Source: Amphiscolops sp. MND2022 (lineage: Eukaryota). From it: DNA of 64,000 nucleotides. A program made the translations under genes and the position numbers. Shown here one piece after another: positions 11,301 through 26,300 of this stretch; position 1 is the stretch's first letter; each line of letters starts with the position of its first letter. The stretch covers positions 22,506,001-22,570,000 of the forward strand of contig OZ076415.1 in assembly GCA_964187785.1 (NCBI GenBank), in the 5' to 3' direction. Under the pieces are notes generated by a model that saw only the letters and a list, made by a program, of their open reading frames with translations, did no database searches and was not told the origin of the DNA.

Positions 11301-14300
11301 AAAACACTCTAATTCACATTACGCACATGATTTCATCCAAGCAGTTGTTATTTTTCTGACAGTTTTCCAGTATTTTTGCTTAATTTCAGGCATGTGGGGG
11401 GTCAATTTCCCCATTTTTAGGTCATTGGCTATCGATGGAAGTCTCATGGATTAACCATGAATGGATCGTCGATTGTCAACCCATGAAAAATTTCCCATGA
11501 AGAGAAGACTTTCCCTTCATGGTCAAAAACAGAATAATTGAGTTTTTTTCTTCAACAAATCTTGGTTTTGGCAAATTTGCCATCATTTGTCAGAACTAAG
11601 CTTTATTAAACAAATGAACATCACTTGTTATATTTTCCATTTAATGATTTACAGATAAATTTACGTATTAAACTTTAGTAAGAAAAACTAAATTTCTTTT
11701 CAAATTAACTCAACTGAATGTTATTCAATAGCAACAAATCTAATTTCTGTTACCAGGGAGAAGGCAAAACGTTGCCAATCGACAACGAAGCTAACGTGGT
11801 GGATCCTTTCAAGGAAATAATCCGCAAGTGTTTCGAACATGACCGCAAATTGAGACCCAACTTTAAAGACATTCACAAAGCTCTCAACACCAGTCCGAAC
11901 TTGACAAACACTGACACTTCTATTTTCAGGTTTCCAGTTTTCCTCATCTCAAATTTTAGTCGGCGCCTTTATGAACAAAAATGCGAATATTGTAGTGGCA
12001 TTTCGTCGTGGTTTGTTCCGTTTTTTTTTCGAACCAGTCCAAGTGACCATGAAATTCTACAAAAATCCGCATATTACCAAATTGATTGAAAGGATCCTCC
12101 CTTTCATATTTTGAGTTATTTGATTGAATTTTAAAAATTGAGGGTTATAACTTTTGGCATTAGTCGACTTTTTTTAAACAGAAATTTCAATTTTTCAACC
12201 CAGTCATGATCACATGACACAACTCAGGTCTGACATCAACTACTCAAGATCAAGATCAAGATCAAACCCGTTTCTTTTTCATATTTTTAGTTTGAAAAAA
12301 ATAAACATTTTAATTCCCGAGGTGTCCTCTTTTTGGCTTTTTGCGGCACGGTGAGATTGAGAATTTTTGCAAAACGATTCTTTGACGCGTTGAAGTACTT
12401 TTGCGCTTTTTTTTGTTTGCGCTTTTTGCACCGACTAATACCGTTCCCGACTTATTAATCAAATTGTCTGTTTGAAAAATGAAATTTACACCTCGTGAAA
12501 TTTGTACGTTTAAAAAAACGGTTTTTCATTTTTTATCTATTTCAATAGTTAACTAAAGTTTATAATATTTGATTCGTGTGTTGTGCAGGTTGAGCCCTGA
12601 TTTGGGCAACATTTCTGCCAGTGGGGACAACAGTCACCTTGCGTGGATTGTTTACCCGCCAGAGGTGAGGCCCAGGGGTCAATGGAACCCAGAGAATGGC
12701 GCCCAACTGGCTGCCAGCAAGGACGAAAACTCTCTGATTCTGTTCGATGTTAACTTCTTGACAACTGTGCCCACCGCTGGCGATGATAAAACACCTGCGC
12801 CCGATATAGGTAAAATTGTAATTCGATAATCATGATGAAACCTGACTCTAAAACATCTCAAATTACTTTGCTTGAAAATTCGTCTCCGAAGAATTCAGAA
12901 AAAAAACAGACAATCTAAAACGTGCAAAATAACACCTTACCATCAAGTGGAAGCAACTGAAATGTTAATTGTGTTCATGGTACAATATAAGCAGAAGGAG
13001 TGCAAAATCATTCGTTGCTAATCTCACTGTTTAGTCTAATGTTATTGTTATCAGCGAATCAAAAATTTGCATCATGAACCAAATACATGAGCGCAAACGT
13101 GTATGGGAATGCAATATGTGAGCTCTTCCGTCGAAAATTGCAGAGCCGAAAAAAATTCAATTTCATGACAAAAGAGTTCGTAAAAAATATATACTTGGCA
13201 TCCGAATATTTTCACACCTTGGATTCTTGGATAAGATCCTGCATTATAGAAATTCTCAGCAGAAAGTTGAGACATTGATTTCTCTCGACAGATCTTCGCA
13301 TTAGCTTTACTATTGGAAACTTTGAGCAATGGACGCTGTGAAGGTTTCTCCAGAAAACAAGTTGAGCCCATTAAAAAAGATCAATTTGAGGAATCCCACA
13401 AACATCCCGGTAAACTCTGTAAATCTTGACAATTTTTCCAGCTTAGATTTTGCCAAGAATTCCAAAATTCCAAAGTTGGGATTTCTTGGAATCCGTGAAA
13501 AATTATTCAATTCCATAGTTTAAAAATTTCTTTAATGAACTGATGATGCATCTCTTGTTCGAAGAAAGACGTTTTATATGGGCATTCCTGAAATTTCTTG
13601 AAATCTGTCATCTTTAGGCCCCGAGTTGCGACATAAAGACACCGTGACTTGTTTCGCGTGGGGCAGGAAGTGCCTTCTTGCGGGCACCAGTGACGGGCGG
13701 CTGTGGCTTTGGTCGCAAGAGGGCGTTCTTCTGCGCAGAATCATCATCAAGCACAAGAGACCCATTGTCAAGGTAACTCATCTATGGTTACGCATTTATA
13801 CACTCAACATACGAAAGGCGATTGTCTAATTATTTTAAACGTTTAAACGTTGAGGCCCTATGCATGTGATCGTTTCATGACAAAGTCGGTGTTTAGCCTG
13901 GAATTGTATGAACAATTTATGGCCATGCATGAAAATGACAGGAAGCAGAATCGCTAAAACATTTGGATAACAGTCGTATAACTCTGTTGACACATTTGGG
14001 AACATATAATCTTTTTGGATAGAGCCGACAAATTAGCAAAGTTTTCGATAAAAACATTCGAGAATTACAGAAGCGTCATTTTCAATTATGCATTTGCATT
14101 GAACACGAGAAAAGAGTTCATTACGACCCAAGAGGAGACTTCAAACATTTACCCTTTGTGACCATAAAAATCTTCACATAATTAATGTCTCACAAAAAGC
14201 AGTAAAGCTGAAGAATAAAACATAGAAAAGCCACTGTTAAGATTTCTAGGGGATGGTGGAACCTGATTTACGTTGGAGCTTTTGAAGAGATTCATAAAAG

Positions 14301-17300
14301 GGAAGAGTCGTACAAAATGCAAGTAGCATACCCGTTGTGTAACCATCATCGAGCCTTTCGTTAGCAGCTCACACTGCAACTTATAATTGAATGATCATCT
14401 TTCCAATAGCCGCGCTATTTCTAGTTTTCTAATTCTGCGCAATGATTGTAACCATCAACCGTTTAATTTTCGTGCTCATCTTGTAACCTTTTCTCCAAAA
14501 GGGGTTTCCATGTCTCTTGATTTTCCGCCCATAAGGAAAAAAATTACTAACCGAGCGTTTTCTTCATTCTTTTTCTTCCAAAGTTTGCCGTGTTTCAACG
14601 TCGAACCCAAATTCAAAGGGTTCACCCAAAGGAGTTTTTCGGATCTGTTTGGAATCCGCCAAACCGACCGCCAAAGTCATCAAAGCAGTCACAAAATTAT
14701 AAAATGTTCCAATCTTTGAGCCTTCTATGCATTTTTGTACAGTTTTCAAACATTTTTGTGGGTTAGAACATTCAAAAAACGAATTCGAATTAGCCAGCTA
14801 TCCAGGGTGCTTTCTGAAGACAACTACGAAAAGTTTGGATGAAAAAGTGTCAAAAGGTACATCAAAGTCGCTGAACATGAACAAAAAAAAATTGTTCAGT
14901 TGCTCTTCGTATTTTCGTGCGTTAAGCATCCCGAAACTTGCGAGACGAAAAGAACAACTATCCAAGATGCTTTTATGAAATCTAAAACTTTTGTACAGTT
15001 ATCGCAGATTTTTCTAAGTAACAATATCCAAAAAATCCAAGATGAAAAGTTTGCTACAGAACACACTTTACTGAAAGTTGGAAACGTTTTGTTGAAAAAG
15101 TGTGTCAAAATAATTTTTAAAATGAAACTTTTCATCATTTGAACCTTTTCACGCAATTTTTGTAGTTTTTGGACGTTTCGCCAGCATCGAAAAATGAGAT
15201 CATCTTGAGTGCTCAACACTTAACTAGTTAGCTCTCAAAAAAATCTTTNNNNNNNNNNNNNNNNNNNNNNNNNNNNNNNNNNNNNNNNNNNNNNNNNNNN
15301 NNNNNNNNNNNNNNNNNNNNNNNNNNNNNNNNNNNNNNNNNNNNNNNNNNNNNNNNNNNNNNNNNNNNNNNNNNNNNNNNNNNNNNNNNNNNNNNNNNNN
15401 NNNNNNNNNNNNNNNNNNNNNNNNNNNNNNNNNNNNNNNNNNNNNNNNAAAGGTGCGTTACAATTGTAAACGTAATCGGAATATGTGATAAATATAACTG
15501 TATAGCGTAAAGGAAACGAGTTCAAGTGAACAAAACTCCTTTTCCGGAGACGTCACTTGAGCTCAGCATTTTAACCAATCACGTTGCTTCATTTTGCTGT
15601 ATTAGTACTGCTTTGATTATATAGTGGCCGAGTATGGCCAATTGACTCAATATGTGTACCTTGATACACACTTCTGTCAAATGGCCTGTTCCGGCCATCT
15701 AAATGAAATATACTGTTTGCACTTGTAATTAACCATGCTAGTCAGAAATTACCGTAAATGTACCTCTAGTGATGAATGAAAACCTCTGTACCGCTCGATG
15801 GACTTAGTAGACCCAGTGCTAATTTAAAGGCCGAATAAGGCTTTTACCCTCTTTCATTTTAGTGCTGGATTAATAAACCGGATCTGACCATTTTCGGTCT
15901 TGTTAGAAAGTGTGTTGTTTTGATAGTGTAGTATTATTTTAAACAAGCTGGACAAGTAGTATTTGATTTTGTTCCAGCCCATGCTAAATAATAGACGTGT
16001 GGCAACGCATGTCGCAGTGACTTTCCAAAGGGATGCCTTTCACATTCCGTCAATAAGTATTGGTATTTGTTGACAAGATGATGATGATGATGTTTTCATA
16101 AATACGCTACTTGAAGTTGCGGCTTGTATACCCGTTAGAATGTTATTCATTCGATGTTGAATTCTCAGAAATTATCTGAATGTTAGGAATCTTCCCAATT
16201 GGGACTTTACCCACATATGTGCTTTAAAGTGATGAATACTTCACCCGTCACAATGACGATGTCTATCCCGTGACCCGTTAGGGCCACGATCATATGATGC
16301 TTTCTTAATCAAAGAATCCGTGGAATGTGCTCATCACCTTCTTGGGAGTATATATACCTGTGCTCCTGTAGGAGAGGTCACTAATTCACATCTCTGCTTT
16401 GATAAATATTGAATTAATATAACGATTTTCAGTTAGTTTTCCGGTTCAAATAATTGAACTACTTGACCCGGTTCTGTCTTGATGCCTACCACAAGAAAGC
16501 AAAAGAAAGCAAGGAAATCGAGAGGAATTGAGATGCTCTCAGATATGGAAAACCTAGACATCATGCTTGGTGAAAATCACTTTAGCAGAAATGAGAGAGA
16601 TGAAAGCATCAGTAGTAATCAGGCTAGAAGACCTGAAAGTGCTTCAGGAGATGAATGAAAACAACCATTTGGATATAGGGAGCTTTGGTCCTGGTACTAG
16701 TGCCAATCATGGCCAAAATTCAACAGGAGGTAATTCAAGTGCCGAGATCAATAAGTTGTCAAGTGAGTTGAACTGAAGATTGTCTAGAGAACTAGATGAA
16801 ATGATGAGTAGTGTCAACACCCAAATCCAAAGAGCAATTAGTGATGCGATTAATGGTCAGATTGTACCGCAGATCCAATCCGTCCTAAATGCTGAATCGG
16901 GACAATCGACACTAAATAAGTGGAACGTTTCGTCCGAGAGACCGGGGATGAATTCCCAAGAGACCTACGGTGAGAAAGCTAAGAAAAACAATAGTGAGCA
17001 GCGTTTTGATTACCAAAACGGTAGTCATCCTAACTTACGCACTTACGACACCACTAATTCGGACAATTTTCTGTTTGGAACATTCAAGATATTCAGACAC
17101 CCACCGAATTTAAAAACGAAGCAAAATGTTATCTGGTCTTTTACGACCAGCACTTTAAAGTTTCATATCAAAAATCGCTGAATCAAACCAGAAGAACAAA
17201 CATATCCAATATAGAACCAATATGTCAAGTTTTTTGTCCAGTTGTCTTGTCGAATTCAGGCGTTGAAAAACACAGGGAGTTCCACGTTGGCACAAACTAT

Positions 17301-20300
17301 CCAACAAGTGTTTGCAAGGAAGAAAATCGATGTTATTTTTTCAAAAATACAAAGATGTCTCCTAGAATATGAAACAATTCAGGATTCGATCGTTTCAAGG
17401 AAACTTCATCTAATATATTTTCCATGTGGTCTTTCATTCAACATAATTCAGAAAAAAAACGTTTCAGTAGATTAGGAGACTTTTTGATAGTTCAAAGGTT
17501 TGCACAAAGTAGCTCGGAAAACCTTTTTTTTCGTTTTGACCCCTCGCTGCGATTTTAGTCCGAAATTTGGTTTTTTGGTGCTTATTACTACGCACAGTGC
17601 TCAGCGATGAAAAAACACATCCATGTAGCTAACTATGTGGGACATGAACGTCTTTTGAAAAGACCCCAAAATGACTCCGAACGTGCAAAAAAATCAAAAC
17701 ATTTCAAATTTTGACTCTTAAGCATCAATTTTAGTACAATTTCAAACATTTTGGAAAGTTAACTATATCCAGATATTTGAACGACAAACAAAGCAACCAT
17801 TGAGTATGTTTTCAGAGAAAAATAGTTCATTTTTTTGGGAAAGTCTCGAAACGCCCACAAATGCCGGCTTTTCTCTAATTGAAATTGTGTCAACCAATTT
17901 CAACCAAGAAGTCCGTAGACTTTTGAACCTTTAGGTTGGTACTGATATCCGCAGCGTTCGAAAACACAATAATTACCTCTTTAGCAATTGGGTGACGATA
18001 TATGTATGATTTCCACAATTTGCTCAATCATAAGCGAAAACAGTATCTTTTTCTTGATTCTTTTCGTCACATGTTTTGTTGTATGAAATGCCATTGCATT
18101 CAATAACACAAAATCTGACTTCTAAACATACTTTATTTCGTTGAACATTCTTTGGGGCTTTTTCAAAACATTCTGAAGTCAATAGAAAGTTGTGGCAGTT
18201 TTCACCCTCACCCTGGCAAAATGTCCTAGCAAATTTGTTCGGGGCGGTAAATATCCCACTGCTCTTGCTTTCTGTTCTATTGGTGTCTTGGGAATTTTAA
18301 TAGTTCCTTGTAGTTTTTTCCGTTTTCCTCTTTTCTTTACCTTGTTAATTTCGATTGAGATCATGCAGACTGTTTTTTTGTTTTTGTTCAGATCAATTTG
18401 ATCTGCATGTTCTGAAATCCAGTCTATCTAGTCGCGAGAACAATTTTCAGTCAGGATACCCATTTTGACAATATCGCACATGTAGGAGCCTAGCGCTTGC
18501 ATTGGATCCAGTGAGCAGCATTGAATTTGAATGCAAAACAAGCTCTTTTTAAATTGTCTTCGTGAACGTTTCATTTTGATAACCCAAACTGTTTTATTAC
18601 TTTAGTCTTGTTACTTTTCGCCCACATAAATAGGGGAGGAAAATCATGATCTGTGTTCCTTTTTTTCCAAATTCTGCCAAATTTTTATAATCTAATGCTT
18701 ACAAAAGGAGATGCCATTCCATTTGTACCAGCGCATGCTCCCATTTGTACCAGCATGCTATAAACGAGCGTTTGACGTTCGAAGTGAATTTTGTTTTACT
18801 AAAGAGGAAGCGTAGGTTCGAAAATCCGAACTTTGACGTTATATCCGAAGTAAATTGCATTTTGCCAAGAGGTAAATTTTCGAATAAGCGTGTATTGCTA
18901 GTCAATTGAAGTGGAAAATATCCCGGTGCATAGGGGGCGTCTTGTTAATTCATTTGATGTAATGATTGTACATAATTCTGGCTATTTGACTGAGCGAACT
19001 TTTCCTTGCTTGTGAACAATGTTGAAATCACACTTTTACAACTGCCAAATTTGCGTTCACTTATTTTTCGTCCTCAAACAAAACTCATCAAAAGAATAAT
19101 TTACGCAAGACTTTAATGCAGTAACAACCCAGTGGAAAATATCTTGAAACTCTTGCCAAGAATCTTGCAGCAACTTCCTGAAAGCCTTGGTAAGAATCTT
19201 GACAAGATTCTTACCAAGAGCGCCAAGAATATGGACGACCTTGCAAGATCTTGCCAAGAACTTCAAGAAAAATGCCTAATTTTTTCGACTGAAAAAACGC
19301 ACAAAAAGGGTTTTTAGTACAAAAAACCTCTCGGGAAAAACCAAGAATCTTGTCAAGAAATCCAAGAAAATCCAAGAAATGCCGAGAATCTTGCCAAGAA
19401 ACCCGGGAAAATCCAAGAAAAAGGCCTTACCTTTCATTTATATTTAGTTATAGTTATGCTCTAAAACACCACTAAAGTAGAGAATTGGTGAACTGAAATT
19501 AGTATTCTGCATTAGTATACTACAGTTCCAGATCTAAAAAGACCATATGTCAATTGGTACCAAACTTTGTTTTGTGTTATTACAACGTTATCAATCTGAT
19601 TCGACAATTTGGCTCCAAAATACTTTGGGAGGTTTCCCTGATTTCATATTTGATATTTTTCCATATTTCCGCTGGAAATTTCAGTATAAACAAAATTCCT
19701 TCCATACAAACGCTCCTGGTTGGTGTTTGATGAAATACATAAATTATAACAGACTTGCTCAATGCAGTTCCACCTCCCAGATTTCTTGACAAGAATCTTG
19801 GCTAGATTCTTGTCAAGAATTTCAAGATTTTTCAACGGTCCAAGATAGTTCAAGATCTTATCAAGGGTTTCAAGAAGTAACGGGAATTTGCGGGAAAATC
19901 CAAGATCTTGGCAAGAGTTTCAAGATATTTTACACTGGGAAGGTATAGGTTACTTAAATATTTGAAATGAATGCGGAATTCAGATTGTTGCATAATGCAG
20001 AAGAATTGCACCACCCTGTATTATCGAACTTGACCTGTCAGTAAAGATGACTAATTTGCTATCATGTATTGTAATGTAAATACAATTTATTTTGTTTTTG
20101 GTAAATTTTGTTTATTATATTTGGTTTATTTTGTAAATGGTAAAGATTTGACATTATGAAACAACACTAGTTCGTTCAACATATCATTCATACTGTACAA
20201 TGCTTTAGTATTCATCAGAAGTCAAGATTACGGTGCGAACACAGTGACACAGATATCAATGCATGTCTCCTATCTGGCAATTAGAAGGCAGATTACCATC

Positions 20301-23300
20301 TGTCTTTAAAGATTTTATTTATAATTATGATTGTCATGTAAGATTATTTTTCTACAACCGAGGAAAAACTGGGCGCTATTATTAGCAGTTATATAATGAT
20401 GATTTTAGGATGATTCACTAAATTTGGTTGTCGAGTAACTAAAAATATGTTCCATAAACAAGAGTAAGAAATACATTCCTTCAGTCATTCTAAAAATGTA
20501 GCCACAAAGACCAGACTTTTTTAAACCTCCTTAAAACTTGTGCAATTTCCATTAAGTTTGCTCTAATTTCTGTATTTCATCATATTCAACATTGCCTTAT
20601 GATCAACTTCCTAAACTTTGTTTCAAATCTATATTATTGCACTTTCTTTATCTTTATTTATCCTAATTAGAATTCATCAATTCACTTTGACTGATCATGA
20701 GAAACAAAATAATCACAAGATCTAGAATGGGACAACCGCCCACGTTTTAACAATAGAGATAAGTGCTTCAGAAGCAGAAGCGTCACAAGGTAGTATGACT
20801 GTTACTGACCCTCTTAGTTACTTGGAGCAGTTAAATCAGCTGAGACCGAGAAGCAGACTTAAAGGAATTTGCACAAACTGAAAATGAGATTTGATAAAAG
20901 AAATGATAGAAAAAATACAGAGAATGATGCAAAAAATCAAGAGTGACAAAAACACACGATCACTCTCAAATAGGAAGAATTATGAGCACATTACATCGCA
21001 AATGGAAACGCCTAGTTTTGCACTGTACAAGGACGGTCAAATAAATGCATTCAATACGGATAATCAACAGGATAATTCTTTTAGACCCTTGGAGTTTAGT
21101 GATCTTAGCTCGCCGTTCAACCTGTGATTACTCTAAATTTCCATCTGGATGACACCGTAATTATAAATGAGGATCGTACAGGATATAAATGGTATCAGGG
21201 TTGATGTAAATAGTGTTCGTTCATGTAGATTGACTCTTTTGCTTTCGAATTTCCGCACGAAATTGTAATCACATTGAGATATCTTGCATGATACGGGGTG
21301 TGGTAGAGCACTTGTTGTACAGCTTGATAAAACAAAAGTGTGAAAATAATTAATTACACTATTTATTAACAACCTGTCAAAAATAGTAAAAGTGGCAAAA
21401 GAAAACAATCTGCCAATACAGACAGTTACGCCATACAATACAGTTTCTCACACTTCACCTTCTTTCGTATATCGAGTTCTTCAGCCTATTCAGCTAGACT
21501 ATAACATGGCGCTGCGCGCTGATGAAGATCATTCAAATTCCCCACTACCAGGACTGAATTACTTCTGGCAGGATGCTGAAAAGCCCCCTGGATACGACTG
21601 GGAGCAATGGATCCAATTGTTCGAGGTCGCAACATTGGCAAGACACTCAATCTCAGTGTCCGAAGTGTTAAGGGAGGCTGACCAACAGAATCCACGTGCG
21701 GCGGCTTTGATGGGAAATTTAGAAGAAATCCCTGCAAAAAGGAAAGTCGTAAGTCTACTCTACATCTCAATTGGTAAAAATGCAAGAAAAATGCTGATGG
21801 ACAAGTTCCCACGAATAAACACTCTACTGATCGAACTTCGGGAACTTATGCAAAATTGCGCAGAATGCTTCCAAATTCGACGTAACCGGACATTAGATCG
21901 TCACACGTTTCCTTCGAGAAAACAGAAACCGGCGGAGACACTAAATCAATTCTGGAATGCATTAAACGGACTCGCGGCGAGATGCAATTTCGGTGACCAA
22001 ACAGAAAGTCTAGTTCACGACATATTTGTTCTAAATATGGCAAATAAACAAGTGCAAGAAAAGCTTTGCACAGAACCGAAAGAAACGCCAGCTGAAGCTC
22101 TACAATTTGCGATAGCTTTTGAGGACGGGCTAAAACGCCAAAAATCGTATGGGTATATCAATCAAGAGCCCAAAGTAAAAGAAGAACCTATTTGCGCGAT
22201 TAGTAGCAACAACAACACAAGAGAATGCTGGAGATGCGGTGCGGGTAATTTTACCCTAGATCACTTGAAACGATGCAAGGCACCCGAAGCAATGTGTAAC
22301 TACTGCGGGCGAAAAGGCCATTTAGAACGAGTCTGCAATCAGAAGAAAAAGGACACTTACCCGAAAAATGGCAAACCCAGAAGATTTGGCAACAGATTGC
22401 AGTTGGTGGATCAGGAGGAAAGCGACAATGAAGACGAAGATAACTACATGGTGCTAAATGTTGAAGGAAACGAAAATGATTCAAAACCATTTTATATGGA
22501 AGGATTCATTAACGGCAACCGTTTCAAAACCATGATAGACACGGGTTCTCCTGTAACAATTTTCGGTCTGGACGAAATAAAATCAATCATGAAGAGGAAG
22601 GAGTTGCCAGTGCGGAAGATGATAGAAGGCGAGCGATACGTGGATTTCAATGGAAAACCACTGAAATTGCTGGGATATGTCTTTTGTGAACTACAGGTGA
22701 ATGACAGCTACATCAAAAAGGCGAGAATCCTAATTGCCCGAAGTGGATCAAAGTCGATAATTGGCAGAGAATGGCAAACAACACTCCGATACAAGCTACA
22801 ACCGCAAAAGGGTGAGTTAGAAGTAAATTCGATAGAGAAGAAAAGTGAACTAAGCGTAGAAACTAAGCAACTAGTCGCAGAATTTCCCGAACTATTCAGA
22901 AGGCAAGGTAAAGTAAATAATTACAAAATTAAAATAAACTTGAAGTCAGAAGCGGAAGTAAGTCAACAAAAAGGGAGACGAATCCCAATCCAACTGCAAA
23001 AAGCAGTGGATGAAGAAATTAGCCGTTTACTAAAGGAAGGTCATATCGAAAAAATTGACGAAATAAAGGATGACGTATTCATTCAGCCAACAGTCATCAC
23101 GGTCAAAAAGGACCGTTCAGTGAAAATTGCATTAGACGCCAGAGCGCTGAACAAAGCGATCGATAAAGATAGATACCAAATGCCAAATTTGGATAATTTA
23201 TTAGTTATGGTCGCAGAAAAATTGGATACCGAAGAAGGCGAAGCGTGGTTTTCATCAGTCGATATGACCTACGCATACAGCCAAGTCCCCTTACATCAAT

Positions 23301-26300
23301 TAACAGCAAAACATTGCAATTTCCAGATAATTGGTGGAGAATCCACTGGAACGTATCGATTCGTAACAGGTTTTTACGGTCTGTCGGTTATGCCAACAGA
23401 ATTTCAAAAAGTAATGGATAATTTATTAGCAAAGTTTAGAGAAGTGTTCGTATTCATTGATGACATTTTAATTGTAACTAAGGGAACAAAGCAAAACCAC
23501 ATAGAGAAAGTGCGGGAAATCCTAAAGACATTGGACGCGCCAAAATTACAGCTAAAGGCAGAAAAGTGTAATGTGGCAAAACAAGAAATTGAGTGGTTGG
23601 GGTTTAAATTGACAAGCAACAGAATTTCGCCGGTAAATTCAAAAGTACAAGGAATTACAGAAAAACTACGACCGACAAATTTGAAAGAACTACGGTCATT
23701 CCTTGGCGAAAAAAATCAATTTAACAAATTTATTCCCGATCTGGCGGCAATTTGCTTTTCATTTAGGTCCATATTAAAGAAAGACGCGATATGGAACTGG
23801 ACGGAAGAACATGAAAAAGCGTTTAAAAAAGTAAACGACGAAGTGAAAAAAGTAGCCGAGTTAACACATTTCAAAGAAATAAACCCCTTAGAATTATATG
23901 TGATGCGAGCAAACAAGGCTTGGGAGCTGTTTTACAGCAATGCGAAGAAAACAAATGGAAACCAATAGCATATGCGTCTAGATTTTTAACTGAATTGGAG
24001 TGTAAATATTCAATTAATGAGTTAGAACTATTGGCGGTAGTATGGTCAATAGAACATTTTAAAAATTACGTTTACGGAGTCGCATTCGGAATAGTGTCAG
24101 ACCATAAAGCCTTGCAAAGTGTGTTAAAATCAAACAAAAGTAACAAAACATTTTCCAGTAGGTTAACTAGATGAGTGGATAGGCTTTTACCCTTCGAAGT
24201 CTCAATTGTACATACCCCGGGAAGAACGCTAGGAATGGCGGATTACCTGTCACGGCATCCGTCAGAATACGAAAGATCGGTAGCAAAAGCGGAAGAATTA
24301 TTCAACGATTGGTTTACGGTGAATGTAGTCAAAAAGATTACGCCAGAAATGAAGCAATTGGCAGATCGGCGTAAGCCAATCAAATCGCAGGAAAATAAGA
24401 AAGTTCAGCATACGCAAGCAAACAAAGTTTTGTCAATTCAAGCGCATATGCAAATAGACAGCAAAATTGAAAGCGAGAAAGCAGTTGACAAACAATTAAT
24501 TGAAATGGCAGAAGCCAAAGATTTGACAAAATCGAAAATTAGCTCGGTCTACGTAAAAGCGATTGCTGAAAACGATCGGACAATTCAAAAAGTAATCAAT
24601 CTCGTCTTAAACAAAAACACAGCCGTAATTGCTCGATTACCCCCACCGTGGAGGGAAAAATTTAATTCCTTTTCTGTGGATTCAAACGGTCTTTTATATA
24701 TGGACCATCGCCTCGTTATCCCCAAAGATATGCGGGAGAATATGCTCCGGGCCATACATTTTGGCCACGCAGGACGTGACGCAATGCTGAGGGAGGCCTC
24801 AGACGTCTGGTGGCCTCGCATCCATAGAGAAATTATCGACAAGGCGAGAAATTGTAGCGAATGCCGAGAAGCAGGTAAGAATTTCAAGTGTATAAAATCT
24901 CAAAAAGAATTCGGAAAGTTACCACAGGCAAATCAGCCGAATGAGGAAGTTTCTCTTGATTTTGCCGGCCCCTTCCAAAACGCCAATTTAAAGAAAAAAA
25001 TACTTACTCGTATCAGTAGACAATCACTCGGGATGGCCGGATGCGCTATTTTTACCGAATCCCACGGCAGATAAGGTTATCGAATTTTTAGTAGAGTACA
25101 TATCAAAAAACGATATACCAAAAAGAATCCGAACAGACCCCGGAACCGCATTCAAAAGTGAAAAGTTCAAAACATTTTGTAAAGAAAAACTGATCGAACA
25201 TGTCATTTGCCCGGTAAGAGACCACCGGGGGAACGGAAAAGTGGAACGAATGATTAGAACAATAAATGAAAGGCTAAGAACGAACAGAAAAATATTAATC
25301 TCAAAAGACAAAAACGGCATTTCAAACATCTTGTTCGCATTAAGATCAGAAAAAGGACCAGATGGTAAATCTGCATTTGAAAAACAAAATGGAAGAAAAC
25401 CAAATACGGAAAAATCACGAATGATAGAAAAATGTATTTTAGAACAAGACCCACAAATCGAAATAGAACCCGAAGATTTTAGCGAAGAGGCAGACTCAAC
25501 TATCTTGGTCAGGGAGAGAGTCAGAGGGACCAAGCTAGAAGGCGCCTTCAAAAAGGTAAAGGGAAAGATTGTGGGAGAGTCAAGCCACACCATTACTGTT
25601 TTACCTAAAACAGGCCATCAAGTTATTTATTCAAAAAGAGACGTGGCAGCAGGAAGTAAGCTAGCAAGTCCAAGCAAGAAGGCAAACGCGAACAAAATGG
25701 CAAGTGGTAAAAGAGAAGCAAGCGAGACAAAAGAGGCAAAATCGAACAAAGTGGCGAAGAAGCTAAAAACAGCAATAGGCCAAGAGATGGGAATTAGCCA
25801 CCAAAAACAAGTTGAAGAAAACAAACCAAAACATCATGAAGAAGAAGAAAAAACAACAACAGCCTGTGAAGGAAGAACAGGACAACGAAGAAAGCATGAC
25901 CCACAAGGATCAAGAAGAACAAACCGCAACTGCAAACAGTGAAAACGAAACAAAAAGTGCCGAAAAGTCAACTCTGGAATCTACGCCAATCCAAGGCACA
26001 GTGAAATGGGAGAAATCCTGAACATCGTCCAGAGTAACAAAAAAGCCCGATAGATGGGGCAACAATGTCATGATAGCAAAGATCGAACCAGACTCTGCCA
26101 ATGAAGAAGAAAGCCTCCCCAGTGTGATGGAAATTCCGAACCCGAAGGAAAAACTGGCACAGAAAGCCGAAAACTTTTAAAAACAAACATTATCGTACTA
26201 ATCTTTTAAATACAGTTGGTTCTACTATTCAAATCAATAGGTTGTTCTTTTAGTTAAACTAGCCAAAATTGTACCCTTGAGCTAGTCGTTGCTTTTGTGT

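Noticed and set aside
20697-21200. Possible gag-like remnant starting MRNKIITRSRMG
   Set aside because: Multiple stops, no diagnostic motif and no definable termini; cannot be supported.
25024-25593. Minus-strand ORFs over gypsy elements (also 59768-60262 and 60130-60618)
   Set aside because: Antisense shadows of purine-rich pol sequence.
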